A stretch of DNA of 64,000 nucleotides, taken from Felis catus. Taxonomy: Eukaryota. The position numbers and the translations under genes were made by a program. Shown here in pieces: positions 50,401 through 61,809 of this stretch. Position 1 is the first letter of the stretch; each line of letters begins with the position of its first letter. The notes beneath the pieces are model-generated. The model did no database searches and was not told the DNA's origin. It saw only the letters and a program-made list of their open reading frames with translations. The stretch is from contig NC_058368.1 of the NCBI RefSeq assembly GCF_018350175.1, positions 5,828,001 to 5,892,000 of the forward strand, written 5' to 3'.

Positions 50401-53400
50401 GATTATGGTGCTAAAAAGTTCCCTCTAAGTAATGCATCAGCTACATCCTATAAATTTTGACATGTCATGTTTTCATTTTCAGAGTTCATAATGCTCAGTT
50501 TCCTCTTTGACATATAAATGAAGTGTGTCTGTTGCCCTTAACTCCTGGATTGACTCTTAAACAGCGAATGTGCGGGGTGAGACTTTCAGAGACCCAGCAG
50601 AAAAGAGATGGCAGGTTGAAAAACCAAGCAAAGACGTGGCACCTACCCAGTGCTGGGGAGACAGAGATTGTAGTTTAAGCCTTGCCAAATGGGAATGCCC
50701 TTGGTAAACATTCGGGGTCTTCCTGAGATCCCAGAAAAGCCATGGCCTAGATGTAAATGCCTGAAATTAGAAGAAAGTACTACCTACACCATGGAAATAA
50801 TAACTACCATGGCCTCAAGGGAAAACAAAACTTCAAACAACCTTGACCCTATCAAAGTCTTTCCCTGATACTGTGCTTCTCACTTCTCTATGGCTGCCTC
50901 TTCTTGAGGGTTTTGTCCCTCAAGTCCAGGCATTTCAGCAGCCTAGGACTCTGAATTCTACCTCCCAGTAGAATCACTCCCAGTAAGATCACTGCGTTAA
51001 CTTTGGGCTTCTTTTCTTGCACTACAAGCTGAGAAATGCTCATAGGGAAGGAGCCAGGGTAAAGAAGGAAAGGATGGAAAAGGCTTCCCTTTTTTTCAAG
51101 AACCATTCCCTCGAGTATTACTCTGTTCGTTTCTAGCCAGTGTCTTCAAACAATTCTTATATCTTGTTTAGTTTTCAGAGTTGTTTTTGTCAGGTTCATC
51201 CAATCCTGGCCACTTGGTCATGGCTAAAACAAGAAGTCTCTTAAAATTCTTATTTCCTGGGAAGTGGGCTGCCATGATCCAGGGGTACAAGGGTCATCTC
51301 CCATTTCCACAGAGAAAGACAGGGAGTGTGAAGGATGACTGTGTGGTAGACAGACCACTGGGATTGAACCGGACAACTCTGGACCTGTGTTTCTCCATGT
51401 GGCAAGTGAATAACTTTGGACCAAGGCTACCTCTAGTCCTAACATCATAATTCTGTGGTCCATTTTGTAAGCACCATAGGCCTATTCCCCATAATAGGTA
51501 TAGACAAAGTAGAATTTATAAATATGTAAACAATTGTAAAAGTCTAAAAATTATGTCACCTCTGAGGTTTAACATAAGTGAAATAAAAGTTTCTAATATT
51601 TAGAAGCTGGAGCTTCTGGAGGTCCAAGGAATGTCCATTCTGGTTAAACATTTCAAATAAAAATAGTTTCTTAGTTGCCATATATACCTTATAAAAAGTA
51701 CCTAATAATTTAAGCATATAGCACATTAACATGAAAAATATAACTACAATATTAGCTATTTTAGATGATTGTGATTATACCTTTTATCAGTTAGTTACAA
51801 AAGATAACAATTTTGGAAACCATAGCTAAGTAATTTTGAAGTTTGAAGTAATGCGATTTCGATAAAACAATATTATAACTAAAACTTCAACCAGAATTTC
51901 GTTGGGTCACCAGCTATTTCTAATTGTATTGATTTTATCTTTTCTTTCCAAATTACTTTGAAAGTAGGTAGCAGACTGTTGTTATTAAAAAAAAAAATTT
52001 GTTTTAATGTTTATTTATTTTTTTTTTAATTTTTTTTTTCAACGTTTATTTATTTTTGGGACAGAGAGAGACAGAGCATGAACGGGGGAGGGGCAGAGAG
52101 AAAGGGAGACACAGAATCGGAAACAGGCTCCAGGCTCCGAGCCATCAGCCCAGAGCCCGACGCGGGGCTCGAACCCACGAACCGTGAGATTGTGACCTGG
52201 CTGAAGTCGGACGCTTAACTGACTGTGCCACCCAGGCGCCCCAATGTTTATTTATTTTTGAGACAGAGAGAGACAGAGCATGAACAGGGGAGGGGCAGAG
52301 AGAGAGGGAGACACAGAATCTGAAACAGGATCCAGCCTGTGAGCTGTCAGCACAGAGCCCGACGCGGGGCTCAAACTCACGGACCACGAGATCATGACCT
52401 GAGCCGAAGTCGGACGCTTAACCGACCGAGCCACCCAGGCACCCCACAGACTGTTATTATTTTTTTTTTAATTTTTTTTTTCAACGTTTATTTATTTTTG
52501 GGACAGAGAGAGACAGAGCATGAACGGGGGAGGGGCAGAGAGAGAGGGAGACACAGAATCGGAAACAGGCTCCAGGCTCCGAGCCATCAGCCCAGAGCCC
52601 GACGCGGGGCTCGAACTCACGGACCATGAGATCATGACCTGAGCCAAAGTCGGACGCTTAACCGACCGAGCCACCCAGGCACCCCACAGACTGTTATTAT
52701 TGACAAACATAAGTTTTCATGAGGAATGTAAAGCATACTCACCACTGACAGTTAATAGAACTGACCTGTCCTGTCATTTCAGGAGCAACAGGAATGGTGG
52801 GCCATAAGAAAGAGTAAATTGCAAAAAACACCAGCCATATAATTATGCTTCCCCAAATTGCCAGATGATTAAACTGCAGAAAGAACAATATTACAGAAAG
52901 CCTTCAGCCTTTTCCATTTAAAAGGAAGAAATTATTTAACTCTATCAACTGTCCGGGCCATATGTTCTCACATGAAGAAAATGACAGTCTTTTGATTTCT
53001 TGACACTTGAGCTTTCCTTTCTAACATCCTTCTCAGAATGAAGTTTGAACAGAAATCATTGAGAGGGGTAAAAATTCGACCTTACCATATCTGTCCTGCA
53101 TGAATAATTCTGGGAAAATGGCAGAAGTTGTGATTCTTTGACTGAAACTGGAGGGTTTTCGGTGCATATAAAGTCCCTGTGTCAGTCAGATCAAGGTAAT
53201 CTTGGGTGAAGGATCACTGTCTGTGCCTGGGGCTAGAAACTGCCAGATTCTTAATGGTAAATGGTAAGAAGGCAGGTCCTTCTGTTGATCTGATCTGTTG
53301 CCTTGTATGATTTGTGTTAGCAGAGGAATTGCAATGACAACGAGTAGGAGACCTGTGCTCTAAACCTGGTCGTACTGGGTACCTCAGAGTTATCATCTAT

Positions 53401-56400
53401 GCATAAATCAGTGATTCGCTAGATGAGATAATTTCTTTTTTTTCAATATATGAAATTTATTGTCATATTGGTTTCCATACAACACCCAGTGCTCATCCCA
53501 AAAGATGCCCTCTTCAATGCCCATCACCCACCCTCCCCTCCCTCCCACCCCCCATCCACCCTCAGTTTGTTAGATGAGATAATTTCTTAAGGGTCCAAGT
53601 GCTGTCATCCTAGTAGGTACTTCTCATTGCTTAATCCTATCTGAACAACAAAAATATGGAGGGAAAAACCCCAGTCTGCTGTTTATTAGAGTATTTATTG
53701 TTACTTGTTTATGAGTCACTTTCAAAGGCAGTTTTTTACACTCTTTGGAAATCATCTCTTACTCAAAGGATTTCTCTCTTGTGGTCACGTAGGAGATGAT
53801 GGAGAAGAGAATCCGCTCAAGAGTGTGAGCTTTAAACTCTTCTAACACTTGAGTGCATTTCCATGTAACCATTCCCTTAGAGTTGGCATAAACATGAGTT
53901 GCAATGGGAGGCATTCTGCGTGGCTTGGATCCCAGGTGGGTTTCTGTCGGGACCATCCCCTGGGGGACGGCAGTAAGCCACCATTGCTGCTCTAAGATAT
54001 ATTCTGTTATCTCTGCCCTGGCTCCTTCTCTGTACCTAAATAGTGGCTTGCAGAATCTTCTTCCCCAGTGAAGAAGCACAAGCTCCCTCTTGGACTGTCC
54101 ACACAGGGCAGAGCAGCCTCTGACCAAACGGGAGAACTGGTCCCTTTTCTTTGCTGCCCTAATCCCCAGGCTCCTTCCTGGCCAACATGTGAGCCGGAGG
54201 GCAGGAGCCTGGTAGCTTGTAGGCCAGAAGAGACCTCTGTGTTTTGTTAAGTCTGCTTTGGCCTTGAAATGATGCCGTATTTGTAAATGAGATTCACCGT
54301 ATGTGGATAGTGTAAGGTCATCGTGGATCTAAGAAACATTCATACTGCAGGGAATTTAATAACAATTAAAAGGAGGAATAGAAAATAATTGCTTGTTTAT
54401 GTTACATTAATGCAGTATAGTACCACATTTACAAGTGGTGTGCCTTATGAATTGCTAATAAAATAATTTTTGTTGGGCACACTTCAGTCCCACCTTTATG
54501 TTGATGTTCAGTTGGGGACAGTAGCAGTGAGAACTGTGTTGATTACACTGGAGCAGAAACTCATGATATGCTACATAATCTTAGCTCTCCAAAAGTGACA
54601 GGCCGGTTAAAATTCATTTTCTGTCATAAACTTTTGAGTGCAGCTTGGAAAACAACTTATTTATAGGTGTATATGTACCTACATATAGATTCACTTAAAT
54701 TACTGATCAGTTTATAAAAACATTCTACGTATCAGAAGTTCCACTTTTAACAATATCCTAGGGAAATTATTACTCATGTCTGTAAATACACAAGTACATC
54801 TGTGTTCATAACAGTACTGATTATATATCATTTACAGTAATGAAGTTAAAAAACAATTATTCTAAAAATATAAATAATAAGTCTCCAAGTGATAAAATAT
54901 TATACAGTCATTAAATGAGGTATAAATGTTAAAGATATGGAAAAATGTTAAAGATCTAGTGTCTAGTGAAAAAAAGCAAATCATAAACTGTTAGGTACAT
55001 TAGAATTCTATTTTTATGAAAAATAAATAAAACAAAGACTGAAAAAATAGAAACCAAAATGTCCATGTCATTGACATTGAAACGTATAAGCAATTTTTAT
55101 TTCTTTCCTTTCTGTATTCGCTAAATTTTCTATTATAGTTCTGTACTTGGATAATAATAATTAAGGATCTCAATTAATATCATGATAAATTGAATCTATT
55201 TAAGATATAAGGCAGGGAAATGAATTTTTAAAAACATTAGATGGCTAACATGCCATCATCAGCTTAAATCATCATTTCAATATGCAAAACAAAAGAAGGT
55301 AAAATATGAAGAACAGAACAAGATGCTTATTTTCTAAAGTTTAAAAAGTAAATCAACATGCAAACAACTATACTGGATTGAGGAACTACCCTGAAGAATA
55401 CTCACTTTATTCCAAGATAGTGTGTCTAAACCAGCTTTCAGACAAACAGTAACAACTACATACTGTGCAAAGAGATGGAAAGGGGAAATAGATTGGGAAA
55501 ATGTATTAAAATTTCCATTAGGGTCCACATCACCCCACTCCCTCCCTGACTCCCCCTACCCCCGACCCCCCTTCTCCATGTCCAGTGAACTCTGGTGCCA
55601 TAGTTGCTAATTGCTTTACTAGCTTTTAATTAAGGAGAGAATGTATGGCCTCTCAATAAGTGCTTCATATTTAGAAGCCCTTCAACATATGACAAAAGCC
55701 ATGCTTCTATCATGAGCTTATATTTACATTCTTTATAAATGGAATGGAAGATTTCTTTCTGATTAAAAATCCAAATGCCATCGATAAAAAGCACAGTTGA
55801 ATGAGGGAGATTGAAATTGGCTTATTCTTGGCCTTTTGCGTTTGGACATATACATACTTTAGAAATAGCTCATCAGGCATCTGGGGCTTTTGATTGGGAT
55901 TACAGTAAATCTATAAATCAATTTGACTTCCTATAAATCAAGCTGACTTCCTTTATAGTATTGAGTATTCCAATTAACGAGCATGGTATATTTCTCCATT
56001 TAGACGTTCTTAATGTTTCCAATCAAGTCTTATAATTTTCCTCAGAAGTCATGGATGTCATTTGTTAGATTTATTCATGTTTTTCCTATTTTTGATACAA
56101 TGGTAAAATAGTATATAAATTTTTTATTTTCCAAATATTTATTGTTGGTATATTGAAATAGAATTTCTTATTTTTTAAATATTGGCCAATATCCAGCAAG
56201 CTGCCAGCCTCTCTTAGTAACTGTAATATTTTATCTGTAGAATTTTTTTGTGTTTTCTGCGTGCACACTTGTGTCGTCTATGGTTGAAAACCAGCTTTTC
56301 CCCTTTCAGCGTCTTGTGCTCCTCCCCTTATCTTACTCCTCCACGATGGCGAAGAAAGGTGGGAAAACCAAGCAACTTTCTTACTTTTCATCTATTCTTT

Positions 56401-58651
56401 TTTATTTATTTATTTATTTTTTTACATTTTTTTTTCAACGTTTATTTATTTTTGGGACAGAGAGAGACAGAGCATGAACGGGGGAGGGGCAGAGAGAGAG
56501 GGAGACACAGAATCGGAAACAGGCTCCAGGCTCCGAGCCATCAGCCCAGAGCCTGACGCGGGGCTCGAACTCACGGACCGCGAGATCGTGACCTGGCCGA
56601 AGTCGGACGCTTAACCGACTGCGCCACCCAGGCGCCCCTACTTTTCATCTATTCTTAATCTCAAAAAAAAAAAAAAAAAAGCTTTAAGTGTTCCATTAAG
56701 TATGATTTTGTCACAGTGTGGGTTCCTGTGCAGCAACAGACGTGTGATACGCTGGGTGTTTAAAGTCCTGCTTTTGAAGCAGACTTTAAGTCCATTCTTC
56801 TCGCTCTGGACTCAGCATTGCAGCTAGCCTGCATCGTCCCATCTAAGCTTCTCCAAAACCTTAAAGGTGGCAAGGCACTGGCCCCTACCTACCACTCCAA
56901 GTTCGTCTTTGCCATTATCCTGAGCCTCCCTTGCCCGCCACACAGTTTGCACTGTGCTTTAGTCCCACGGGCCTTCTTCAATTCCCTGAGAGCATCAAGG
57001 CAGACTCTACTTCCCTGGAGGTTTACTCCATTCCTCCAGCTGCTCTGTTTTGGCTTAGTGCTTCCTCCAACTCACTGGCTCTGGGAACAGCATGTCAGGA
57101 AAGCTGGATCAGTGATGTCACCATGCTGACCCCGCCAACTCTCCCATTTCTCCCCTGACATCTCATTTTGAGGTTTTTAGCATTGGTGCAGTCCCCTCTA
57201 CTTCTTTGGTTGCTGTGCTGAGTTGATTTTGCCGTAGTTTGTTGTTGCTGGTTTTACTGTATATATTCATTTTTTGTCTTAGGAGGTTGAGATTCCTTTA
57301 TATCAATTTACTCGGTCATCTTAACAAGGAATATCTTTTATGTTTGTATGCATGCATGTCTATATGTGAGGAGGTCTGAAAAGAAGGAAATTTACTATAT
57401 GCGTATGTCCACATAAATAAGAAAATACTACCTAACCTCATTTGATGTTTAGGAAGATATAACACAGAGTTAAAAGCCACACCCATTATCATGAAGTAAT
57501 AACGACAACCAGCTAAAGTGAAAAGAGGCAATATGCCAATAAATTGCTTCTTTCGTAGAAGAAAACATGAGGAAAAACATGGTTTGTGGTTTTGTTGTTC
57601 CAACATGTGTTGTTAAATGAAAAGAAAAACAGACATGCAGAGGAATATGTTTCCACTTGCAGACCAAAAGAATAACATACAACATTGTGAATAAGACACA
57701 AAACTCAGAAGCCATAAAGAAAAATATCAATACATTTAACTACATAAAACCAACATGCAGAATACATGCATGACAAAAATGGCTTGAAAAATAATATGCA
57801 AAACTGGAAATATATTTATGTAACAAATATGGGGGAAAATTAACATCCTTAACACATAAATATCTACTACTACTAATAAAAAGACCAACAACCCTATAGG
57901 ACAATTGGTAAAGTAATTCAACAAACTTTTATACACACACATACAAAAGAAACGAAAGGGTTTTTTTTACTTCATGCAAATACACTATCCTCAAAGCAAA
58001 AACTGCAATAGAATACCATTTTACCTACTAGATCAAAAAGTGTGGTAAGACTTACCGCCACTGGGGGCTTGGGGAAACTGATATTCTCATGACTAACTGT
58101 GTACATCCTATTTGGGGGATAATTTAGTAATAATTTCCAAGATTCACAGTACTCTCTGATCCAGCCAGTTACACTTCTAGAAATTTATCCTACAGATCTA
58201 CCTACCCATGGGCATAAAGAATAGACTCTGCAACACTGTTGATAATGGCAAAGGACCCAGAACAATCTTTCCACTAATAGGAGACTAGTTAAATACCATC
58301 ACCCAGGTACGCTGTGTAGTGAAAAAACAAGGTATAAAAGAGCTTCTCCCTACTTGTACAAAAGAAGAGAGGATAATATACATTAGGTACATGTATTTCA
58401 CATTCCTACAAATTACATATGTGTGTGTATATATATACACACACAACACACATGCATATGCAACCACTGTTCCTCCTTGGAAAAAGTATGGGAGCATGAG
58501 GGAGATTTAAAACTTATGGAATTCTTATAATGCTTGAACTTTTCAATTAAAAACTAGAAACAGCGATTGAATCATATGGGTAATCTTACCGTATAAATGA
58601 AATTTCCAAGAAACAAATAGTCTGTAGTGTAACCCCCTTGTAAGACCATAT
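15019..58651 (-). CDS. 3' part (last 7 coding exons, 5'-partial) of an ATP8A2-like P4-ATPase / phospholipid-transporting ATPase IB-like gene
   Basis: Manual splicing gives (D)[200 protein letters not shown]. All introns are GT-AG, phases 0,0,0,2,2,1 are consistent, and the peptide is colinear with the ATP8A2 C-terminus as remembered. Symbol withheld because the divergence indicates a paralog. Confidence 0.93.
15405..15660. mobile_element. MER5A-like hAT remnant(s), unusually CpG-rich
   Basis: cagtgcttctca...gtgcaccagaat...ggccccac...cagag...ctg.tt.ca...gtctg...gggg.tcgagaa follows the MER5A layout. Confidence 0.55.
17165..17480. mobile_element. MIR fragments (two, opposite orientations)
   Basis: gctcagggacggtgactaatatgcctagagtcccacagc and ctttggagtgagacagactgagg...ttccttctctgcaaagtgagga. 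Confidence 0.6.
17628..18900 (-). mobile_element. L2 element, 3' end and body
   Basis: cattcattcaa...ctactatgt 3'-tail signature, atggagcttaccttctag, caaaggccctgagg and purine-rich L2 antisense pattern. Confidence 0.75.
19167..19383 (+). mobile_element. SINEC
   Basis: Full body; TSD aaaaaatagacaata. Confidence 0.92.
19945..20270 (-). mobile_element. L1MB-like 3' end
   Basis: ttgtggtaaaatac...taccatcttaa...cccaaactgaaactccatacccattaaac. Confidence 0.8.
20364..20452 (-). CDS. ATP8A2-like penultimate exon, 89 nt, [29 protein letters not shown](R)
   Basis: tttactcacag|CGTGAAG...GCCCCAC|gtgagt; phase 2/1 exactly bridges the flanking exons and the length fits the ATP8A2 segment before GYAFS, though sequence similarity is low. 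Confidence 0.82.
21620..29660 (-). mobile_element. nested cluster of L1 fragments of several ages
   Basis: ORF2 remnants ([54 protein letters not shown]), an internal 3' end at about 23920 and an ORF1 piece near 29100-29445. Confidence 0.85.
28070..28546 (-). mobile_element. non-autonomous Tigger1 derivative (Tigger1a-like)
   Basis: TIRs taggcatacctc.../...aagatatgccta, TA on the left; both Tigger1 termini joined with an internal deletion. Confidence 0.85.
30592..30631. repeat. (TG)n microsatellite, about 20 units
   Basis: Direct reading. Confidence 0.95.
30632..31110 (-). mobile_element. L2 fragment
   Basis: Translation [19 protein letters not shown] resembles the L2/CR1 ORF2 motif ARNLGVILDSSLS. 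Confidence 0.75.
31228..31326 (-). CDS. ATP8A2-like exon, 99 nt, [32 protein letters not shown](S)
   Basis: ctttcccatacgatacag|GATTAGA...AAAGAG|gtgagg; TC..TLLEEV motif of ATP8A2; phase 2/2 fits both neighbours. Confidence 0.9.
31622..32098 (-). mobile_element. SINEC_Fc nested in the A-tail of another SINEC_Fc
   Basis: Outer TSD aatctgcatgcatttta flanks both; inner TSD ttaaattttttttt flanks the left copy. Confidence 0.92.
32497..32744 (-). mobile_element. SINEC_Fc with expanded (AG)n
   Basis: Body plus long GA tract; imperfect TSD gtttct(a/g)ctttc. Confidence 0.92.
33394..33604 (+). mobile_element. SINEC
   Basis: ggggtgcctgggtggctcag head; TSD aaagaattaa(g/c)aagc. Confidence 0.9.
35736..35940 (-). 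mobile_element. SINEC
   Basis: TSD ttgtaccaagatttt. Confidence 0.9.
36169..36352 (+). mobile_element. SINEC
   Basis: TSD aaatgccatctc. Confidence 0.88.
37251..37431 (-). mobile_element. SINEC
   Basis: Imperfect TSD tgaaatg..(c/t)atttta. Confidence 0.88.
38374..38459. repeat. compound (CG)n/(CA)n microsatellite
   Basis: gcgcgcgcgcacacacacgcgcacacacacgcgcgcgcgcgc(ac)n. Confidence 0.95.
38659..38872 (-). mobile_element. SINEC_Fc
   Basis: TSD tatgatgtt. Confidence 0.9.
39552..39640 (-). CDS. ATP8A2-like exon, 89 nt, [29 protein letters not shown](S) (TM10 region)
   Basis: ttctatttatttgcag|GTCAGT...ACATC|gtaagt; FWLG..VP..CLI...W pattern of ATP8A TM10. Confidence 0.93.
40070..40530 (+). mobile_element. 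MER74-like ERVL LTR, 3'-truncated
   Basis: ctgtatatgctgatgtttcaacatc...gactgcccctcccag..ctagtcaattct...ttcaccctgc...cctttccc.tggaa. Confidence 0.7.
40535..41335 (+). mobile_element. L1 ORF2 endonuclease region; resumes at about 46155-46395
   Basis: [53 protein letters not shown]. Confidence 0.9.
41336..46150 (+). mobile_element. L1 with inverted 5' segment (41336-42414, minus) and sense ORF2/3' UTR (42415-46150), interrupted at about 43885-45240
   Basis: Strand switch at positions adjacent in L1 ORF2; 3' UTR and A-rich tail at about 46115-46160. Confidence 0.85.
43885..45240 (+). mobile_element. carnivore L1 5' UTR segment (GC/CpG-rich)
   Basis: Starts gggaggggccaggatgctggagcagcgtggaag (L1 5' terminus-like) and ends in a T-rich tract; no ORF1 follows. 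Confidence 0.75.
46396..46985. mobile_element. old L1 5' fragment (+, to about 46760) followed by L1 ORF2 3' fragment (-)
   Basis: ggtcaatttcagctctt...agtagcagct motif, then gtggctgcaccagtttacattcccaccaacagtg. Confidence 0.6.
47610..48590 (-). mobile_element. L1 ORF2 fragment containing (GTTT)n at about 48330-48372
   Basis: [25 protein letters not shown]. Confidence 0.9.
48725..51200 (-). mobile_element. old L1 fragments with a nested carnivore L1 3' end (about 49310-49810) and a 5'-truncated SINEC (about 49888-50036)
   Basis: L1 3' UTR motifs; SINE TSD aaagc(a/g)ttttacatt. Confidence 0.75.
51997..52686 (-). mobile_element. cluster of three SINEC_Fc elements
   Basis: Three bodies ending at about 52242, 52446 and 52686; cagactgtt(g/a)ttatt present three times. 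Confidence 0.93.
52766..52873 (-). CDS. ATP8A2-like exon, 108 nt, [36 protein letters not shown] (TM9 region)
   Basis: gttctttctgcag|TTTAAT...GGACAG|gtcagt; matches ATP8A2 [36 protein letters not shown]. Confidence 0.95.
53438..53570 (-). mobile_element. severely 5'-truncated young felid L1 (3' tip)
   Basis: aatatatgaaatttattgtca.attggtttccatacaacacccag end; perfect 18-bp TSD tagatgagataatttctt. Confidence 0.9.
55406..55462 (-). CDS. ATP8A2-like exon, 57 nt, [19 protein letters not shown] (TM8 region)
   Basis: tctcttttgcacag|TATGTAG...AATAAA|gtgagt; near-identical to ATP8A2 [19 protein letters not shown]; visible inside ORF 55334..55528. Confidence 0.95.
56398..56638 (-). mobile_element. 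young SINEC_Fc within a decayed L1 fragment
   Basis: TSD tacttttcatctattctt. Confidence 0.93.
57640..58555 (+). mobile_element. old L1ME-like ORF2 3' end / 3' UTR
   Basis: aactggaaatatattt...ataccattttacctactagat...cacttctagaaatttatcctacag. Confidence 0.6.
58590..58651 (-). CDS. ATP8A2-like exon, 62 nt, (D)[20 protein letters not shown]
   Basis: ctttttcatttttcag|ATATGGTC...TATACG|gtaaga; matches ATP8A2 [21 protein letters not shown]. Confidence 0.93.
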
Positions 58652-59171
58652 CTGAAAAATGAAAAAGTCATTTATTTATTTTTATAGAGTTTTAAATATA
58701 GATTTGAATTTATTTTTACCAAAGGTACCCATATTGGCCACCAAAAATGTTTCTCAATTATTGGTCATATTTCTAAAGTGACAACGATGCTTCGCCTGTC
58801 GTTGGGACACTTTTCCATTTCTCACTCCAAAGATATATTAAGCAACAAATGATTCAATAAATTGCAAGGAGCACATGAATGTGATTATTAAACCTAGTTT
58901 CACATGCAAATAAGCCATCTGGGAAACCGAAAGTTCAATCCAATGAGTGACACTGGAAAACAAGATTGGGGTTTTAAGGATTTTGAAATAACACCTTTGA
59001 CACTATTGCTTTTCCAGGATTACTAAAATAATAAACCTAACAGGTAACTTAAATTTACAGTGGAATTTCATAGTCTCTTCAATTATTGCTAAGTCTGCTA
59101 TAACTTATGAATTTCATTCTGTATAAAGAGTCAAAACTATCTCAAGATTAGGATGATTTTTTTTCACTTAT

Positions 59172-59395
59172 TTTCACTTTTTATTTTTTTTAATGTTTAT
59201 TTTTGAAAGAGAGAGACAGAGACAGAGCATGAGTGGAGGAAGGGCAGAGAGGGGGAGACACAGAATCCGAAGCAGGCTCCAGGCTCTGAGCTGTCAGCAC
59301 AGAGCCCGCCGCAGGGCTCGAACCCACGAACCGTGAGATCATCATGACCTGAGCCGAAGTCGGACGCTTAACCGACTGAGTCGCTCAGGTGCCCC
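59172..59395 (-). mobile_element. SINEC_Fc
   Basis: TSD ttattttc(a/c)cttttt. Confidence 0.9.
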
Positions 59396-61478
59396 TTATT
59401 TTCCCTTTTTAAAATTCTCGAATATATACTGGTGCTTCTGGTCCTGGTTGATATGGAAATATTGGGGTGCAAATCCCTGATATTAATACCAGTTCAGAAG
59501 CTCACTCATTCCATTTTCTCCTGATTAAGAACTCGCTAAAAATACACAAGGCTCATACCCTTTCTTAAAATTATCTGCAGTGGAATATTAGGGCATCTCA
59601 TTGACAGAACCTATAGGTAAATATGTGGGGTCACCTAGGGAAGTGACAATGAGTCTGGATTGTGTATAGACCTAACTTGGTGAGTTTTATTGGGAATGGG
59701 GTGACAGTATAGATGAGAACAATCTTTTAACTGCCTAGAAACAGGGAGAAAACTGCAAAAAAAGGGAAAAAAAAGGCCATGTTGACTTATGTTGTCCAAC
59801 TGCATATTCACAAAGGGAAAAGAGAAAGGGAAGCTTTGTTGGGTCACCAGGGAAACTTCCACTATGTACATGGTGATGTGAAACAGATTCTTTTCCTTCT
59901 GGATACTGTACAAAATCAATGATGCAAATAGAGAAAACCTCCACAGAATCTTTGTCGGGGTAACTAGGAGACAAAAAAAAATCCACAATCTCAGAAAGCT
60001 AATTAGGGTTTCAAAGCAGCTAAGGTGAGCACAGAAGCTGTGCTCGGTAAGTGATAGTAAAAGCTCCAGGGTAAAGCAAATTCCAAGCTGGCTGAGGGCA
60101 GCAGACCTCAGAAAGTATCGGCAAAAAGACTCTCCTTAAAAGAAACTTCTTCCAGTAGCTGGGAAAGAAAAATCTGGTTTCTTGAGGAATAATACAAAAG
60201 TAGCAGGCACAGCATCAATGAAAAGAGACTGTAGGGAAAAAGACAGGATATTCTATTCTACGTGATTTATATGGTTATTATCTACTCTACTCTACTATAC
60301 ATTTGTGTGATGTATAAAATGTGTTTGAAAATGGTTTTAAAGCAAATAAATAGAAGATCAGCAAAACTTATTAGATGATGTATACTCACCAAGGAATTTT
60401 GGAAAAAAAAAAAAACTATTTTACCCAGCTAACAAAGAAAGGATTGGAGAAGCCAGAGCAAAAAAGGCTTGTTGTGAGCATTTGATATGTTAATTGTAGA
60501 ATTAAAATGAAGAAAGCAAAGCCGAAAACAAACTTAGTGTTAGAATAATCAATATGATTGTAGTTATTCAGCGCCCAATGTGGAAATGATGTTAATTCAT
60601 ACAATATCTGAGGGCATATGTGAATGAGATGGGAAGTAGAGTAAGTTTGCAGATTGTCTCAACTATAATTAGGAGTCAAATAAGAACATTCAAAGCTAAC
60701 AATCAAGTAATGGAATTATAAGTTCATATAAAGTGTAAAGGAGATAATGGGATGCTAGAGGAAAGGGAAGGGAAATGGAAGGATGGGAAACAAAATTTTT
60801 TCATACTTGGAAACAAATGGATTTGTCCAAAGAAAGAGAGCAATGGCTATTAAACTTACAATAAAAATAAGCATAAGAACAAAAATCCAAACCTTCCTGA
60901 ATACCAGAAGACAATACACAAGGAACTCACAAAGAAATCCAACCGCATAATTAAAGATTAGAAAAAATATATTAAAACAGGAAATGTGAAGTCTAATGAG
61001 ATATTGCAAAGAAAACCTGTTTTTTTGAAAAAAAAAACTCTCTGATTATATCTCAAGAACAAAACAGTTCTATACTGTATACAAGCAACAGGCCTTAAAA
61101 AAAAAGTAATTCATAAAGTTTGAAAAGCAAATTACAGGAAAGGAAAATACAAATTAAAAGCATAAAACATGGTATTAATATTAATTAAGAAATTGAGGGT
61201 GAAGAGAATTAAACAAGCACTTTATAATGCCAAATGGTACAAATTGCAATGAATGTGAAACAACTTGGAGTACTGGAAGAACAAATAACATTTCTAAACC
61301 ATAAACTATGAGAAATTAAAAGGGAAACAAATATTTTAGTAGGAGAAGACTTTCACTCACCTTTCTCAGTACATGCCAGACCAGTGACAAGAAAATTAGC
61401 AAGACCAGGACTCTGCCTGCCACCCATAAAGAAGTAACAGTACTTTTCCTCTTGCTATAGTCAATTAGATAATTGGAT

Positions 61479-61805
<327 letters not shown>

Positions 61806-61809
61806 TTGG

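Noticed and set aside
15019..58651. Calling the gene ATP8A2 or ATP8A1 outright
   Set aside because: Identity to remembered ATP8A2 is only about half, far below what a mammalian ortholog should show; treated as a paralog pending synteny.
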